A stretch of DNA of 62,948 bases, the filler included, from Dicyema japonicum (Eukaryota; Animalia; Dicyemida), in NCBI GenBank assembly GCA_011109175.1. It is 9 parts of 9 records of this genome, joined end to end, with 100 filler letters (N's around TTAATTAATTAA, not from the genome) between each part and the next. Parts side by side here need not be neighbours in the genome. Positions count along the whole stretch, not along the records: positions 2,615 to 19,432 come from RDEW01000060.1; positions 19,533 to 24,264 come from RDEW01000016.1; positions 24,365 to 27,673 come from RDEW01000046.1; 6 more parts are not named here. One strand, written 5' to 3'. Of this stretch, positions 12,620-26,829 are shown in pieces. A program made the translations under genes and the position numbers. The stretch's first letter is position 1, and each line of letters starts with the position of its first letter. A model generated the notes under the pieces. It was not told the origin of the DNA and searched no databases. It saw only the letters and a list, made by a program, of their open reading frames with translations.

Positions 12620-13299
12620 TGGTATTTTAGTTCAAATCAAAAACCACCCGAGTCCATTTTAACCTCTGAATTTTAAGCTTTTATTTCACTGTTCAAATTC
12701 GAAGTCGGAGATTTCCTCCTATGTTTTGGCCTAATTGTTTCTAGATGGTCCATTTTCGGAANTATGATGTCGAGAAAATGATCCAAATTTACGATATTTT
12801 CTGATGTTAAGCGAAACAGTTGAAAATAATAATTTGAGAATGCGGGANNNNNNNNNNNNNNNNNNNNNNNNNNNGTATTAAATTTAATTTCGGCAAACGT
12901 CCTGATTTATGATGTCGAGAAAATGATCCAAATTTATGATATTTTCTGATGTTAAGCGAAACAGTTGAAAATAATAATTTGAGAATGCGGGAAATTTCTC
13001 TGATGGTTTTTCCGTCATTAAAATGACCAATAATCATCCCTTTTACGAAATCTGATACATGTTTTTTCCGGGAACCGCACATAATCTCCATTTAGAATTC
13101 ACGACAAAAGTGACCAATTTTTTGCGTCACGCTATTTTTTAATTTTGCTTTAAATTCGTTAAATGAAGCGAATATTTAATTTAAAAAAAATAAAATTAAT
13201 AAATTACACTAAAAATGAGCTCAAAAATTTTAATTTTATTAATTTTAAAATAAAAAGCATGAAAATATTGATGAGCAATTTTCATTGACCGGTACTGTA
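12620..13299 (-). mobile_element. Tc1-type transposon 5' part
   Basis: TA-CAGTACCGGTCAATGAAAATTGCTCA terminus; paired-like HTH (KGMIIGHFNDGKTIREISRIL...SGRLPKL). Confidence 0.85.
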
Positions 13300-15030
13300 T
13301 AAGAAAAGCTAACCATGTATCCCTCGAAGATAGAGCACTCTTTGCTCTCTGACTTTTCTGAGGCTAGTCTCGAGATGGTCTCTTTATGGAAGCTAATGGA
13401 TATGTCAGTCCCAGTTGTCTCAGGAGATTTAAACTCTAGCTTTAAGAAACAGATAGACCAATCGATCTAAGCGAGCGTGCTTGCTCTAAGTGGCTACCAA
13501 ACGTGGACTCTCAGTGACTACCTACCTCAAACCCAAACGCAGGGATATGAAGAGCGGTGGAAACTTTTTGTGGATGGTCATCGGGGTTTAGTATGTGTAC
13601 CACCTATACTTAGTGACATTGAAAGTGATCACTGGTCTCACTTATCTTGACTTACAACTTCCCTTCTTTCCAATGAGAGTTAGTGGTGAAATTGAGATGG
13701 GGGAAATAGCCACCACCCTAAAGAACATTCTAAGAGAGTACATATGGGGGAACTTTAAAGTGCAGCATTTGGAAGGAAAAAGTGAACTACGTGAAACACA
13801 AAATAACGGTGGAGTTCTGCGTGAATCGATCCTAAACCAAACTATATTCATTGCTTCTCGCCCAACCGACGTGAGAACTGAAATTGTGAGTTTTTTACAG
13901 GCGTCAAACAGCATCGTATTCTAACTTATAGAGACCATTTATGAAGTTCCAGTGTTGTCATTGGGGTCACATTTAATTCTAGGTTTAGTTTTCCGGAGTA
14001 CACTGTCCTCATTAAGATGTGGGCTGTGTAGGGTCGAGACGTACTTCCTTTGTCTTACAAGGCGTCGGATCTGAATAAATTTTTTGAGGAATTCAAAGCT
14101 CGAAAGATGTCTTGAAAATAATTTAAAAGGATTCAACCCACCGAATCTGAAAAAATGAAAGAGCAAGTTCAAAAAAAGAAAAAAATCTCGAAAACGACTC
14201 TTCCCTTACTATGCATTTGCTTAATAAATCATGATCACTCACTGATTGACTTAAAGCGCTCAGCTACAATTGTCGGACACTCCCATAAATCCTTCATAGA
14301 GAAGAGGCCTGAACTAACGCAAATACCTTGTTTGAGTAAGTGAAGTGATTATACTTTGGAATATTTGGAGATGGGTTCTTTCCCAAAATCGGTCGGAAGA
14401 AGTTGATTTCCAGAGTATGTGAACAATAGTAATTAAAGATCAACTTTAGTTTTATTACACATTATCAGATATTTCAGAGAAAATCATCTCCCTATATTTT
14501 TGTTTGACATTCTCGATGACAAAAAGTTATTTTTTGAAGCAATGTCCATCAAATTTTCCCTTAAGCAGCCGCAGCTCCAAATCTCCGTCTCTGTAGTGCC
14601 TTCTTATCCTGTTCTCACAAAATGCTAGTATAGCGACAAACAGACACACCTAAATTATCATAGACTCTACCTCCGTTTGGAGACCACGTACTAAGCAGGC
14701 ATTTAGAAAATACAAGATTGATGGAAATCCGCGTAATTCCACAGAAGCGGAGTTTTCCAACGTCCAACAACCGCCACAATTGACACGAGGCTGGACTTCA
14801 AGGCAATACTTACTTCAGGGAGTTCAATATCTGTTATTTTCTCCACCAGTCTCCCAAAAAAGGGAGTCGTTCATAGAATAACTCCAAAACAGATTATACT
14901 GAGGATCATCCCTCATTTCAATGATTAAAAGAGGATCTCCACCTTCGTAGGCAGTTCATGGTATCAGAAGGACCTCCCCTACGTGCTAAGAACACGGTCG
15001 CAGCAATCCAGCCGTGTCCGGTAGAATTAA
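13300..15030 (+). pseudogene. Unidentified degenerate, GC-richer, intron-poor coding-like region
   Basis: Coding-like composition, residual 109-aa ORF at 13595-13924, scattered stops; no family recognised. Confidence 0.35.
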
Positions 15031-15094
15031 GCTTTTATTATAAAGATTTTAAATTTAATTAAATATTAATAAATTGAATATTAATATTTTTGTT

Positions 15095-16938
15095 GAGGTG
15101 GTGACGTGGCTCTTTACAATATGTCTGAAAAGTACAGGAAACTCGTGGATTCATCTTTCTCGCTACTCATATTTAATGTCAGAGGGCTCACACAATCATG
15201 GAAGAGAACAGCACTATGCGACGATCTGATTAAATACAAAGTTACAGTTGGATGCTTGCAGGAAACAAAACTGCACTATGAGCTAGAAGAGGATCTATTG
15301 AGCTATCATTTCATCTCATTTCGAAGTGAAAGCAGACACTTTGGCCAAGGATTTGTGATAAAGAAAGAGCTGAGACCAATGATTCACCGCTATTGGAGCA
15401 TAAACGACCGAATTTGCGTACTTCAGATTTGTATGAACAAGCTCTGGCCATCTAAAAGTTTACTATCCATTATAGACGTGTACGCATCCCCACAGTGGAT
15501 GGATTGAAAAAGACCCTACTGAGATAGACCTCTACTCCTGTCTCTGAAGTTTACTCTGAACTTTTACAATCGTCGAAAGATGTCATCGTTGGCGACCTTA
15601 ACGCAAAAGTGGGAATACAAAGAGACCCGGATGAAACATTTATAGGAAGACATGGAAGAGGAATAAGGTACGATACAGGAACACTATTTGGTAACTTCTG
15701 TTAGGCAAACGGACTATTCCTATGTTACACTGCATTCATGCACCCTGCAAGACACAAAACTACCTGGAGGGGTGAAGGAAGAAATTTTGTGGTCAATTTA
15801 TAAACATCTACAGTCAGATTGACTATATAATCTGTCGAGCCGAAGATAAAACTCTTTTCACCAACGCAAGGTCATATGGCGGTCGCCAGAATGTCGCTGA
15901 ATAGACACCCAACCAAGAAGAAAATAAATACCAAAGGGCCACACGATACACACAACAGGAGAAAACTTTACCTAAACTGACTATCATTACAACAAAAGAC
16001 GGATGACTACGAGAGATGCCTCGACATGAAGCTGAGCAATGTGGAAACAAATCAACAAATCTCCAAAGTCTGGAAACGACTGCAAGAATCAATACGAGGA
16101 GCAGCGACAAACAGCTTCTAGACACAGAAGTGTTCATTGGCTTCAATACTTAAACACTGGAGACAAGCTGATCAAAGAGGAGCATAGTCGTGAAAGAACA
16201 AATATCAAGAAGAAAATCAGAAAGTAATTTTCCACTTTGTCAACGAGACTGAGGAGCAGATCAAGGGAGCCATAGATGGCGTTGTTCCACTATTCAAAGG
16301 TTCAAAAACGTGACAAACATTCTTGGAATCGATATGTCAAGAGCTATTGACTCAATCAATCGTTAGAAATTGATGGATGTCCTCACAGAATTCCTTGACG
16401 AATCTTCTACCCGGATGGTCGGGGTACTTTTATCAGAAACTTACCTATCGGTCAGGGTACGGGACAAGTGTTCTAAGCCATTCGAAACAACATCTGGGAC
16501 ACCTCAAGAGGATCCTTTATCTCCTATACTATCTGTCATATACCTGGAAGCTGCATTGAGGGAGCTAAAACCATACTATGAAGCAAAAAATCGATGTGGT
16601 GGCTTATGTGGATGACGTGGATTTCATTTCTCTCGACATGAATGCTATGAAAAACCTATTGGAGGTGATGCAAAATAAACTTGCCAAGTGGTTCCTCAAT
16701 GTAAATATGGAGAAAACAGAATTGACTGAACTAGTCAGACAAAAATCCAAGCTGGATGAACACTAGAGAAAAGTAAAGAAACTCGGATCGTTATTGGGAC
16801 ATGAACAAGACATATTATTCGGAAAACACATGCAAACCGTGCACTACGCAGCCTAAAGGAAAGCTGACTAAAGCGTAAAGGATTGAGTACACAAACACGG
16901 ATACGTTTATACAATTCACTGATGAAGCCTATTATATG
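15095..16938 (+). mobile_element. Degenerate RTE-like (RTE/RTEX/Proto2 group) retrotransposon, APE + RT, internally deleted
   Basis: IFNVRGL, CLQETK, GDLNAKVG, SQIDYI, LGIDMSRA, GTPQEDPLSP, YVDDVDF, VKKLGSLLG. Confidence 0.9.
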
Positions 16939-16939
16939 A

Positions 16940-17815
16940 AGTCAGGTAAAATTTCATGTTGTAGCTGGCAAAATACTTAAAAATCTTTACCCCAAGTTAT
17001 TCCATGTCACATGTGCTTCAATTACACAATTGTTGTGAAAAAATAAGAGTCTCTTATCCGGAAATTGATTTGATGATAGCTACTGTACAAGCAACAATTA
17101 ACAAGAACAATAGAAGAGAACTAATATTCAAAGGCAAAAACATCGACATTCCACCTCGTGTGCATTTGACAAGATGGGGGACCTGCTTTAAGGCCGCTTA
17201 TACTAATTAGAAAATCTGATCGGAGTTCAAAATATTTTCGAATTATTCGCGGATGATGGATATCTAGTTCGAACAGCTAAAGAAAGTCTCAAAAACCACG
17301 TGTTAGTTACCAGTCTATATGACCTTATCCGAAGCTATTCGAACATTCCAGGTTTCCGAATAATGTAGCTATTGCAGATATTATTACGAAATTTGAAAGT
17401 ACACGCTCCACAACTGAACAAGCATATGATGGTTTAGAATCGTTGGAATTTGGAAATGACAACAAATTTATTAAAAAATACATAAATAAAAGGTTACAAA
17501 AAAATATTTCAAACATAATTAAAATGAATAATTCACACATATCTCTTCCCGAGTATTCATTACTCCTGAATCGTCAGTCTACTTCGTGCTCGATTGAACG
17601 ATGTTTCTCGGAGATTAAGAATTTCTAAAATCCAACAGACATTTTCTACCAGGAAATTTAAAAAAATATGTAATTTGTATGTCTAACAAAAAGTTTGAGT
17701 GTTTTAATTGTTTAGTTATAAAGTTAAATTTTTGGGTTAATTTTTTTAGTTTTTAAGTTAATAAAGTTAATTTTTTAGGTTAAATTATTTATTTTTTAGG
17801 TTAAAAAAAATTCGC
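16940..17815 (+). mobile_element. hAT-like (DUF659-type) transposase 3' part
   Basis: LYPKLFHVTC, LHNCCEKIR, PPRVHLTRWG, TSCSIERCFS; short subterminal repeats at 17720-17810. Confidence 0.8.
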
Positions 17816-18106
17816 CCTAATCATTGCTCTTCAGCTTTCCATGTATTCAACAATTACTGTACATTTATTTTACAGGTGGGCTGTAGTTTGATGATCTGAT
17901 TTATTCGGAAATGAATTTAAGTGCGGTTATTTCAGATAAGATAATTGGTTTTGAAAATAGCCCTAATCATTGCTCTTCAGCTTTCCATGTATTCAACAAT
18001 TACTGTACATTTATTTTACAGGTGGGCTGTAGTTTGATGATCTGATTTATTCGGAAATGAATTTAAGTGCGGTTATTTCAGATAAGATAATTGGTTTTGA
18101 AAATAT
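17814..18106. repeat. Perfect ~146 bp tandem duplication
   Basis: gccctaatcattgctc...ggttttgaaaata occurs twice, with no differences seen. Confidence 0.9.
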
Positions 18107-18519
18107 TACAAATTAATGGTTAAACTATTCTAATACAACCCTATAATCGTAGTTGACTATAAAGATGTTTATTGAACTTTAGATACCAATGATGTGAACT
18201 TTATATAAAACATAATGGTTTCCACTCATAAAAAATAATCTCTTCAAAAAGTCAGAGGAACATTAGCTGCAACTAACATGCTTAATTAAATTTAATACCT
18301 TTTTATGTTTTTCGATTATTCGTTACAAAGCATTTGCAACTCGAAACAATAATCTTTCCACTTTTGTTTGCTCAGTATCAGAACACGAACCCAGTCAAGA
18401 TCCTCACCATCTCTGAGGCATCCCTAAATCATTTGAATTTTTCATGGTTACATTGGCAAAACTCAACAAAAGTTGCCATCTCGTCTCTAATATTTCCCCA
18501 GGAACTGCGAAAAAGCCAC

Positions 18520-19095
18520 TGAAAATCTGAGACAACGCTGGTCATTATTTACAAAACCCAGAGGATAAAGCAAACCATATTGCCAAACACTTCGAGGCAC
18601 AGTTTAATTCAGTTGGGGTGAGAATATACCTAAATTTATTGGAAATACAAGAGCTCTTATAAACAAAATTGCAATAAAGGAAGTGACAAATGCATTCATA
18701 CACCTAAAAGACAATCGTTCAGCTGGCTATGATGGGATCCCGGGCGAGTTACTAAAACATGCTCCAGTTATTGTTGGGAATATAATCACGGATATATTAA
18801 ACGAGTCGATGAAACTTCATTGTTCACTTCCATAGGACATGGAGTCTTAATTCCGATACACAAACCTGGAAAAAAAGAGGGATCGCTGTATGGATTAAGC
18901 CTATTGTTCTACTGTTAACTATCAGGAAGACATTATCGATCAGTGTGCCTAACAGTATACGAGAGCCAGTGGAAAAATACCTTTCCCAAAGTCAAAGTAG
19001 GTTTAGAAGTGGCAGGTCTACCTCAGATATAGTGTGGAGTCATCAATGGCTTACATCAATATGTCAAAACTACAGAAAGTCATCTACATCATATG
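18520..19095 (+). mobile_element. RTE-like RT N-terminal fragment
   Basis: LKDNRSAGYDGIPGELLK, LIPIHKPGK, YLSQSQSRFRSGRSTSDIVW. Confidence 0.85.
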
Positions 19096-19096
19096 A

Positions 19097-19432
19097 TTTA
19101 GTTAGTTAGTTAAGAGCTCTTTCGCGTGGCCCTAAAAGGGGTTCGCTTGAGCCATGTTTTGCAGCCATCCTCCTCGCCATCCTCGCCCACGCCATCTTGT
19201 TCCTGGCCCTCATTCGAACATCATCCAGATCGTCCGCTGTCACCAATTTACGACTATTTTGTTCGTAGTCATCTTTTAAGCAGGTTGGAAGTGTGTTTCT
19301 TGGTCTGCCTCGAAATCCGCGACTTCCGGCGTAGTAGAAATATTCTTCCATTATTCTGTTACATGGCGTAGTCGGGTCCAGTCTGAGGATATGTCCAAAT
19401 AGTCGCCATCTCGATAAAATAACATCGGTGCT
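19097..19432 (-). mobile_element. RTE-like 3' end with (TAAC)n tail
   Basis: RWRLFGHILRL, RGRPRNTLP; terminal taactaactaactaa. Confidence 0.88.
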
Positions 19433-19859
19433 NNNNNNNNNNNNNNNNNNNNNNNNNNNNNNNNNNNNNNNNNNNNTTAATTAATTAANNNNNNNNNNNN
19501 NNNNNNNNNNNNNNNNNNNNNNNNNNNNNNNNCTATATTTTTCCCAAGAAACAGATTTTTCAGTTCCCCGAAAGTCTTCCTATTCTATTTTTCTGCAGAT
19601 AGTTGACCAAAAGAAGAGTTTGTGTTAAAATTAAACGAAATTATGTCATTAAAAACTCACCCGAGAATCTTGATTGACATTTATTCTTGTTCTATAGTTC
19701 TATACCACGTGAACAATGTTTTTACTAGTGGTCTGTGGTAACTTAACTGTGTGAAGGCGATATTCTCTTACCTGACCAGTTTATCGCAGGAATGCTCAGT
19801 TATACTATATATTTAGTTTCTGTAATATACTGTTGAGTTTAATTCGGCATCTTGAACCT

Positions 19860-20045
19860 CAGCAAATCCACCTCAATTGGAACAAAGGCTTAAAAAGTGT
19901 CGTAATTTGATTCATAAGGAATCTTTTCCCAGATGCTGCAAAGTACTCCTCCGTGATGACATCTGCTGACGTGCTTGGGTGCATTTTTAGAATATGGCCA
20001 ACAGACTTCAAGTGCATCAGTGAATAACGTATTTGAAGCATTTTT
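19860..20045 (-). mobile_element. RTE-like 3' fragment
   Basis: VGHILKMHPST...EEYF. Confidence 0.65.
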
Positions 20046-20049
20046 CATA

Positions 20050-21000
20050 TAATTATATATTCGCATTGACAGGAAAAGTGACTGATATGCCTTTTTCTAC
20101 TATATCCTGTATATATTTTTTCTTGTCCAAATACGTAGCTCCATATTTTTTACATTATGTAAGAAGTATCTATTTTTTCCGAAAAATAAGATGCTGATAG
20201 CATTTGTCTTCAAAAAATTAATAATTCTCCCTAAACGAAAGGAACAGACCAAGAATCCAGTTGAGGACAGATAAATCAATCAGCCAGTTGGTTATCAACC
20301 TCGGAATAATTATAGAGTTATCGAAGGATTTGATATACCCAGGTAGATGATATTCAAGTGACTTTTTTAAATCCACCACCTTAATTATTGAGATGAAGGT
20401 GAAAATCAGCACAAAATAGATGTCGAGTTACTGCTTTTATAACATTTCTAGCCTAAATAAATTTTGAAATTGATTTTTTTAATAATTTTGGGCGTCGCCA
20501 AATAGGAGAACTACTAGACTCAACATTAATGTTTTTCCAATAAAAAAATGAAAGGACTGCAGAAGTTGAATGTACTTAAAGCAATTATTCTGAAGATTTC
20601 GCATTGATTAGAAAATTGATTACGTAAAAGATATCGACAAACCAATGTGTCTTCTATAAAATATTGTCTAAAAAAGCCAGAAATCACACACGTGCTGAAG
20701 TCAGTAATAAACTGAATTTTCCAGAACCATGCAAACACTAAGTAGGCCAACAAATATGGTTTCGCTCTAAACTACTTCTTCAACTATAAATGATAGTCAG
20801 TTCTTTGAGAGACCAACAGGCGGAATCAGTTGCCTCATTTTTTGATATATCACAGTCTAAAGAGTATTTAGATACCTAAGTTCTGGTCAACTACTGCCAA
20901 TATGATGCCGAACGTTGATTTATGTTGTAACATCCTCCATACAAAAAATTTGGTGACTAAGTACGGCCAAGGATCCGTTAAAGTTTTACTGAGGTGGTCA
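20050..21000 (-). pseudogene. Choline transporter-like (SLC44/CTL) disabled gene fragment
   Basis: YLVFAWFWKIQFITDFSTCVISG resembles the CTL FWxxxFxxxxxQxxxAG helix; downstream SLEYH, TNA and KKAY..L segments fall in CTL order; multiple stops. Confidence 0.45.
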
Positions 21001-21219
21001 TATTGTTGAATCAAAAACACTGAGCTTAAAAATTAACAAGCTCTATGAACCTACTCTAGACAACAGAAATGAAAATTACAGGCCCAGCAAACCTCCTTAG
21101 TAACAGAATAACGATAAATCACATAAAAATGTAGATAACGAATAATCGTATTTTACGCCGATAAATCAACAATTCCTCTCAAATACTCAAATTTTCATGA
21201 ATTATTTTATTTTACTAAA

Positions 21220-21890
21220 TTTTACTTGAAGACATCGTAAATATTTCGAGAACCTCTTCACTTTCATCTGTTGTTGATTTTCATCCCAAAAAACAATGAA
21301 CGTGGTAAAGCTGTCATACAATTTTGTAAGACTGGAAATTATTCAAAAATTAACTGGCTACGATTTTTGTGGGTAAGGGAGACAATTGAAAAATAATATT
21401 GAGTATTAATAGAACAAACCACACAGAAACCCATCTTCCTAAATTTTACTATATTATCTGATGGGCAATTTTCTACGCAAACATGAAATCGTTATCTTAG
21501 AAATAGTCAAGCCATGACAAACACCAAATAAAAAAAATGATCTTGTGGAAAAACATTCGGTACAATTGTGTTGTACCATGTTCTCCTTGTCTCTAAAATA
21601 CGAGATATTATCGAACGTATAGTCGCATCCATAGCCTTTGTCTACTTCGCAAATACACCCAGACGAATCTATATGGGTAAATCGGATATTTGACATTCCC
21701 ATAAAGGAAGTCTAATCGTAACTCATAATACAAAAACCTACAAGACTCAGTATAACTAGAAGTAAACGGAATATTAATCTATAGGGTTTAATTGGATATT
21801 TGACATCTCCATAAAGAAAGTCTAATCGTAACTCATAGTACAAACACCTACAAGACTCACTATAACTAGAAGTAAACGGAATAATGTATA
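21220..21890 (-). pseudogene. Multi-pass (GPCR-like) gene remnant with ~110 bp internal duplication
   Basis: FRLLLVILSL, a 30-nt intron, a Cys-rich loop, then FFLFGVCHGLTISKI and WVSVWFVLLILNIIFQLSP; stops present. Confidence 0.35.
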
Positions 21891-22929
21891 TAATGTCCGT
21901 GCAACTTATTTACGACTAAATATGAGTAAGCACGTACTTTCATTTGTTCTTATGATGTAACTGGTACCCTGTTTCGTTTAGACAAATTAGGGTTTCCATA
22001 GTTTTTGGTGGTAGTCATATCTTTCCAGTGATTTACTGTCCGTCAATCTGTTCCCATTTTTCTGGATGACCGTCATCATCTTTGCATTTGTCCGCGAGTC
22101 TAGTAAAGGGCTCCGCTGTTATGTGTTTGGATCACCTAGTCAACGAGTTTGGCTTTACTTGTCTTTTGGGAGAAATTTATTCTACGTCTTCAATTGGTCT
22201 ATGGTTTATCGGTTAACAGCAAAGCTGATGATATTGCATAAAAATCTCCACATCACATCTTCCCTTCATTTAATATGTCCTTTAAGTGACAGAGAGTACA
22301 ATCTGGAATTTATCTTTGATAATTACAACTCTCATTTTTTAAGATTGAATTTTGATTTCTTAGTCAAATTAAGACTCGTCCCCAAGCTCTATTGTAGAAA
22401 TCTCTTTGTCATCATTTCATGGAGGTTCGATTTTGGTTGTTGAAAAACTCCGAGAGCGCTTTGTCCAATTGAGCCCTCTACCTCCTACACTGCAGTGTCA
22501 GGCTATCTAGGATCCGCTTTAATATAATGAACTGTAGATAAGCCTGTAGGTTCATATCTACCCCTAACTGCTTTAGATAACCCTTGTGGTACTTTGTTGC
22601 AATTCTTTCCCACGTCATTATTATTGGAAAACGAAGACCTTACAACCAAGCATCTGTTAAAATCTAATCAAAAAATATAATTATTAATAATAATTATATC
22701 AGTGATTACACTATAACAAAATGAAAAGTTGTGATCATACTTGAAGTAAGAACTACAAATAAATTACATATCGCATCTAATTTTTTCAATGAAAACTGCA
22801 CGCAAATTATTTCGCCTACGAATATTGTTTTTACAAGCTTTATGTAGGAGATTTGATTTTCATGCTGTTTTATGACCTCATACTTGCCCGTTTTGACCTC
22901 TCAGTCTTCTCGGAAACTATGATTTAGGT

Positions 22930-23090
22930 TGTAAGGGGAGAATGTATCGCAAGGTTTTCCTGCTTTAAAGGGGAAGATAGTCATCCCATCGAGTCGTTTC
23001 TCGTCACTTCTGCAAAAAAACAAGCGGTTCGAGCATAGAAGGATGTTCGGTATCGTCAAACTCGTGTAACAACTTCGTTCAAACCCAAAT
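22930..23090 (-). mobile_element. CRE-like restriction-like endonuclease fragment
   Basis: CRSDEKRLDGMTIFPFKAGK. Confidence 0.7.
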
Positions 23091-23129
23091 GTCTAGGAGA
23101 TCTTCGTTCAAACCCAAATCGACGCATCA

Positions 23130-23700
23130 GCAACAAAGTCTTCTGTAACGCTGTTTACTACATATAAAAGACAGCTCTGTGTCAAACCAAAATTCTTTAT
23201 GAAGAACGAGGAAATTTCTTTTGACAAAACACATGAAAATTCTGGGATTCACCTTTGATCAGGAACTCACTTTTATCCGACATGTTGAGAACGTAGTAAA
23301 TTCTGCTCTGAAAAAATGATAATTTTAAAAGTTCTCTCAAAATCACTTAGAGACAAAACTGGTGTCCTTTCCACGATTTATTAACAATTAATCCAACCCA
23401 TGATGTCGTATGCAAGTTCTTCGTTGGTAATGCAGATTTCCTCATCATTGAAACTATCCGAAATCGAGGAGATCGCAATAAAGATAATTGGACCAGAACA
23501 CAAAATCCAGCCCATTGAAAATCTCTTATTCTAATTACAACGGTAACTCTTAAAGGAGGCTAGTTTACGAAGCTCCCCTCTATTCCATACACAATCGAAA
23601 TATCTACAATCATACCGAAATTTTGAGCCGATGCCATGTCCAATGAGAAGGGATGTTCAGGATTCTCGACCCCACTGTACTCGTTTATCCCATTGTCGGT
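23130..23700 (+). mobile_element. Non-LTR RT 3' fragment
   Basis: KSSVTLFT, KILGFTFDQELTFIRHVENV. Confidence 0.75.
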
Positions 23701-23706
23701 CTGGGA

Positions 23707-24124
23707 TCATTTAGTAAATTAAGAACTTTACTTCGTTTTTTTGGACCCAGTAATTTTTGGGTAATAATTCTACCCAATGATGGTTTCGAATGTTCTACAC
23801 TTTCAAAACTTCCTTCTTTTTTATATTCGTACGAAATCGTCTTTTTGCAGGAAAAAGGTACTTTAAAGCCTCAACTTGCCTCGTGTATAAACCTGGGTCG
23901 AATTACTTCAAGCAANTCATTTAGTAAATTAAGAACTTTACTTCGTTTTTTTGGACCCAGTAATCCTTGGGTAATAATTCTACCCAATGATGGTTTCGAA
24001 TGTTCTACACTTTCAAAACTTCCTTTTTTTTTATATTCGTACGAAATCGTCTTTTTGGAGGAAAAAGGTACTTTAAAGCCTCAACCTGCCTCGTGTATAA
24101 ACCTGGGTCGAAGTACTTCAAGCA
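23707..24124. repeat. ~210 bp tandem duplicate joined by a single N (probable unmerged haplotypes)
   Basis: Two copies with a few substitutions flank the N near 23916. The same pattern occurs near 12762, at 59447 and around the 2240-2349 gap. Confidence 0.85.
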
Positions 24125-25112
24125 AAACCCTTCTCAACTCTTCTACATACAAACTACATCACAGCAGTAAAACCAACATCCTCAATAACATACATGATTA
24201 TTCAACACAAAACGATATATTCATTTCCCTCCGCTCTTCCTTAAACAAATTATTCATGAAGCCANNNNNNNNNNNNNNNNNNNNNNNNNNNNNNNNNNNN
24301 NNNNNNNNTTAATTAATTAANNNNNNNNNNNNNNNNNNNNNNNNNNNNNNNNNNNNNNNNNNNNCCCCTTAATAAACTAGCCCCAGTACTTTTAGAAGAA
24401 CACTCTCAACGAGGAGAATACTTTTCACATGACCATTATAATATTATTTTCACTTCTCCTAACCACCCCTTTGTCCTCCTATACGACTGTTCTACTCACG
24501 TGCATGTAATATGTATTACGCGACCAATTGCTCATCATGATGTTTTCTCCATATCCCAACCCTCTAACTATTTAGTCTATCATGCAACAACTGGCTATTC
24601 GTCCCTCTTCTTCTCCCTCAATTAGGAGGAGCCTTAAATCCATTATTCAGAACAGCATTAACGTCCCTTTTTTCCAGGAGACTCTCTGCTTCCAGTATTC
24701 AAAATTTCTCTTCATTCTCTCAACCATGAAACCATCCAAAGAGCGTTCTTTCTCAAATATGTCTTGAGAGGGTGTGGAATGAGAAGACGTAAATTTATAA
24801 ATACATGTGATTAGCTGTACAAATAAGGCGGAGAAACCATTCGTCTGTGAAGATGTATCGGGGACGGAATATCTGTGCTACTTGGTGTCTTCTGAATTGA
24901 GGATGATTTCTTTTAAAGCGAAAATACCTTCGATTGGACGGAGTTACTCATCATTCCTTGCTATGACGCTTGTTTTGTTAAAGGACTCAATTCAACCTTG
25001 GTCGTTTTTCAAAATTAGTCATTTAAGCTTTTATGTTTTTTTATATTTCAAAATTGTGAAAGATTTTGTACTACATTGCTCGGTGTATTACATATTACTG
25101 TATAAAGTAATC

Positions 25113-25245
25113 TCTTATTATTATTATTATTTATTAACCCCGGATTCACCGAGAAAGAAGTTAAATTAACCAACTAATTAAGTGCATCCAGTTTCCACTT
25201 CTACAGAAAGAGTCCATCCGGAATCAGCATAAAGGGTAAGAGTTA
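25113..25245 (-). mobile_element. SINE-like family 2, 5'-truncated, (TAA)n tail
   Basis: ...ttctttctcggtgaatccggggttaataaataataataataa. Confidence 0.75.
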
Positions 25246-26480
25246 TTTTAGTATTGTTCTGTGTTGTCTCAGAGACAATTCACACCTGATTATCGTTTGC
25301 ATCTAAACAACTTTCGGTTGATCAAAGAGTTCTTTTCTTCATTCTCTTTGAATCCTCGTTTATTATCGACCCAATTTTACATAGACCACGTGTACAATGA
25401 GTTGATGAAAAATATTGATATGATAATTAATAAGCTGTATAAGTTCAATGGTGATTATGTATGTAAATGTTAGATGTACAACTCACAAATTGATGTGTTA
25501 TTTGTTGGGACCCCGACTTGATGATTATGAAGTGATTAATACGGTTTGGAGTTGATTTAAGATATGAAAAGACAGTGAGAACATCAAGAATTATTTCATT
25601 TAATATGAATGTCCTTCTAAATTTCTACTAATATCTGATGTAATGAAGACTATTCCCCAGACATCACTTGACTTTGCACGTTTTATATATTCAAGGTTCA
25701 CTACTCATTAATTTTAATAAATACTGGTTATTTGTAAGGAATTTGTAAGAATACTTACATAGTCCTCTAAATTTGTGACTATGATCATGATAGTGACAAA
25801 TAATTAAATAATCCGTGATATTAAGTACTAACAATATGGATTATAACAATAAATGACATTCAACACCAATCATTTTAGAACTTTATATAAAGACTGGTAT
25901 TTCATAAAAATAGTTAGTGAATAACAAATTAAAAACCCATGATGAAATTAGATAACTGCTAATTAAAGCTTTAAACAAATTATAATGCTATCTTATTTTT
26001 GAATGTCTGTTTGATGATATAATTGTTCATGTTTTGAAGGAAAATATTCAATCTCAGCGACAGATTCATATAAATTATTGCAAAATGATAAATCGTTTAG
26101 GTACAATTTTTCGATTAAAAATAATATTACTTATTTTTGTGACAGAGAGACAAAGAATCAATTTAGGATCTATAATTCATCCTTAGCTTATTTTCACCTA
26201 TTTAAAAATGATTCAAATTGTCTTAGGACTTTGTTATATAAGACTTCTCAAATAGCGAGTAATTCGTTCCTTTAATGCGCAATCGTTATTCGAGAACAAC
26301 AGGCTCAGGATCAATGTAGAATTCCAGGGATACCTAGACTTCAGTGTTTTAAAAGAACCCTAGAGAGTCTTACATTGAAGTATGAGAGACAGAGCCCGTA
26401 GATGGAAAAAGGGGTCAATTAGAAAATGGGCGGGGAAAGTTGTTAAATGTCAAATAGTAACTTTTTTGGTTGGTTTAATA

Positions 26481-26699
26481 TTATTATTATTATTAAAGCA
26501 CTTTCACGAAAGCCATAATGATTATAGCCGCGCATGTGCAACTCTCAAAGAAACAATATTTATAGTTAGTCTTTTCCATTTTTCTCTGTCGAATGCGAGT
26601 GATCTCAATTCGTCCAGGTCGTCTCCCGTCTTTAAATTTTTTCTAACACGATTTAAGTCTTTGTTTAGGGCTGTCGGAAGTGTCGATCTAGGTCGTCCT
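26481..26699 (-). mobile_element. 5'-truncated RTE-like insertion with (TAA)n tail and 11-bp TSD
   Basis: GRPRSTLPTALNKDL...LRSLAFDREKW...*; TSD ttggtttaata at 26470-26480 and 26700-26710. Confidence 0.9.
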
Positions 26700-26829
26700 T
26701 TGGTTTAATAGTGTCTCTAAATTCAGACATATTAATCCATCATTTGATATTTTTTTAATAAATTTTTATTAAATTAATAATAATTTAATAATTATAAAAT
26801 AACCTAAATAAATAAATAATAACCTATAA

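Noticed and set aside
23653-24312. 219-aa ORF with an internal repeat
   Set aside because: Produced by an N-joined assembly duplicate and runs into a spacer; no start/stop context or recognisable family.
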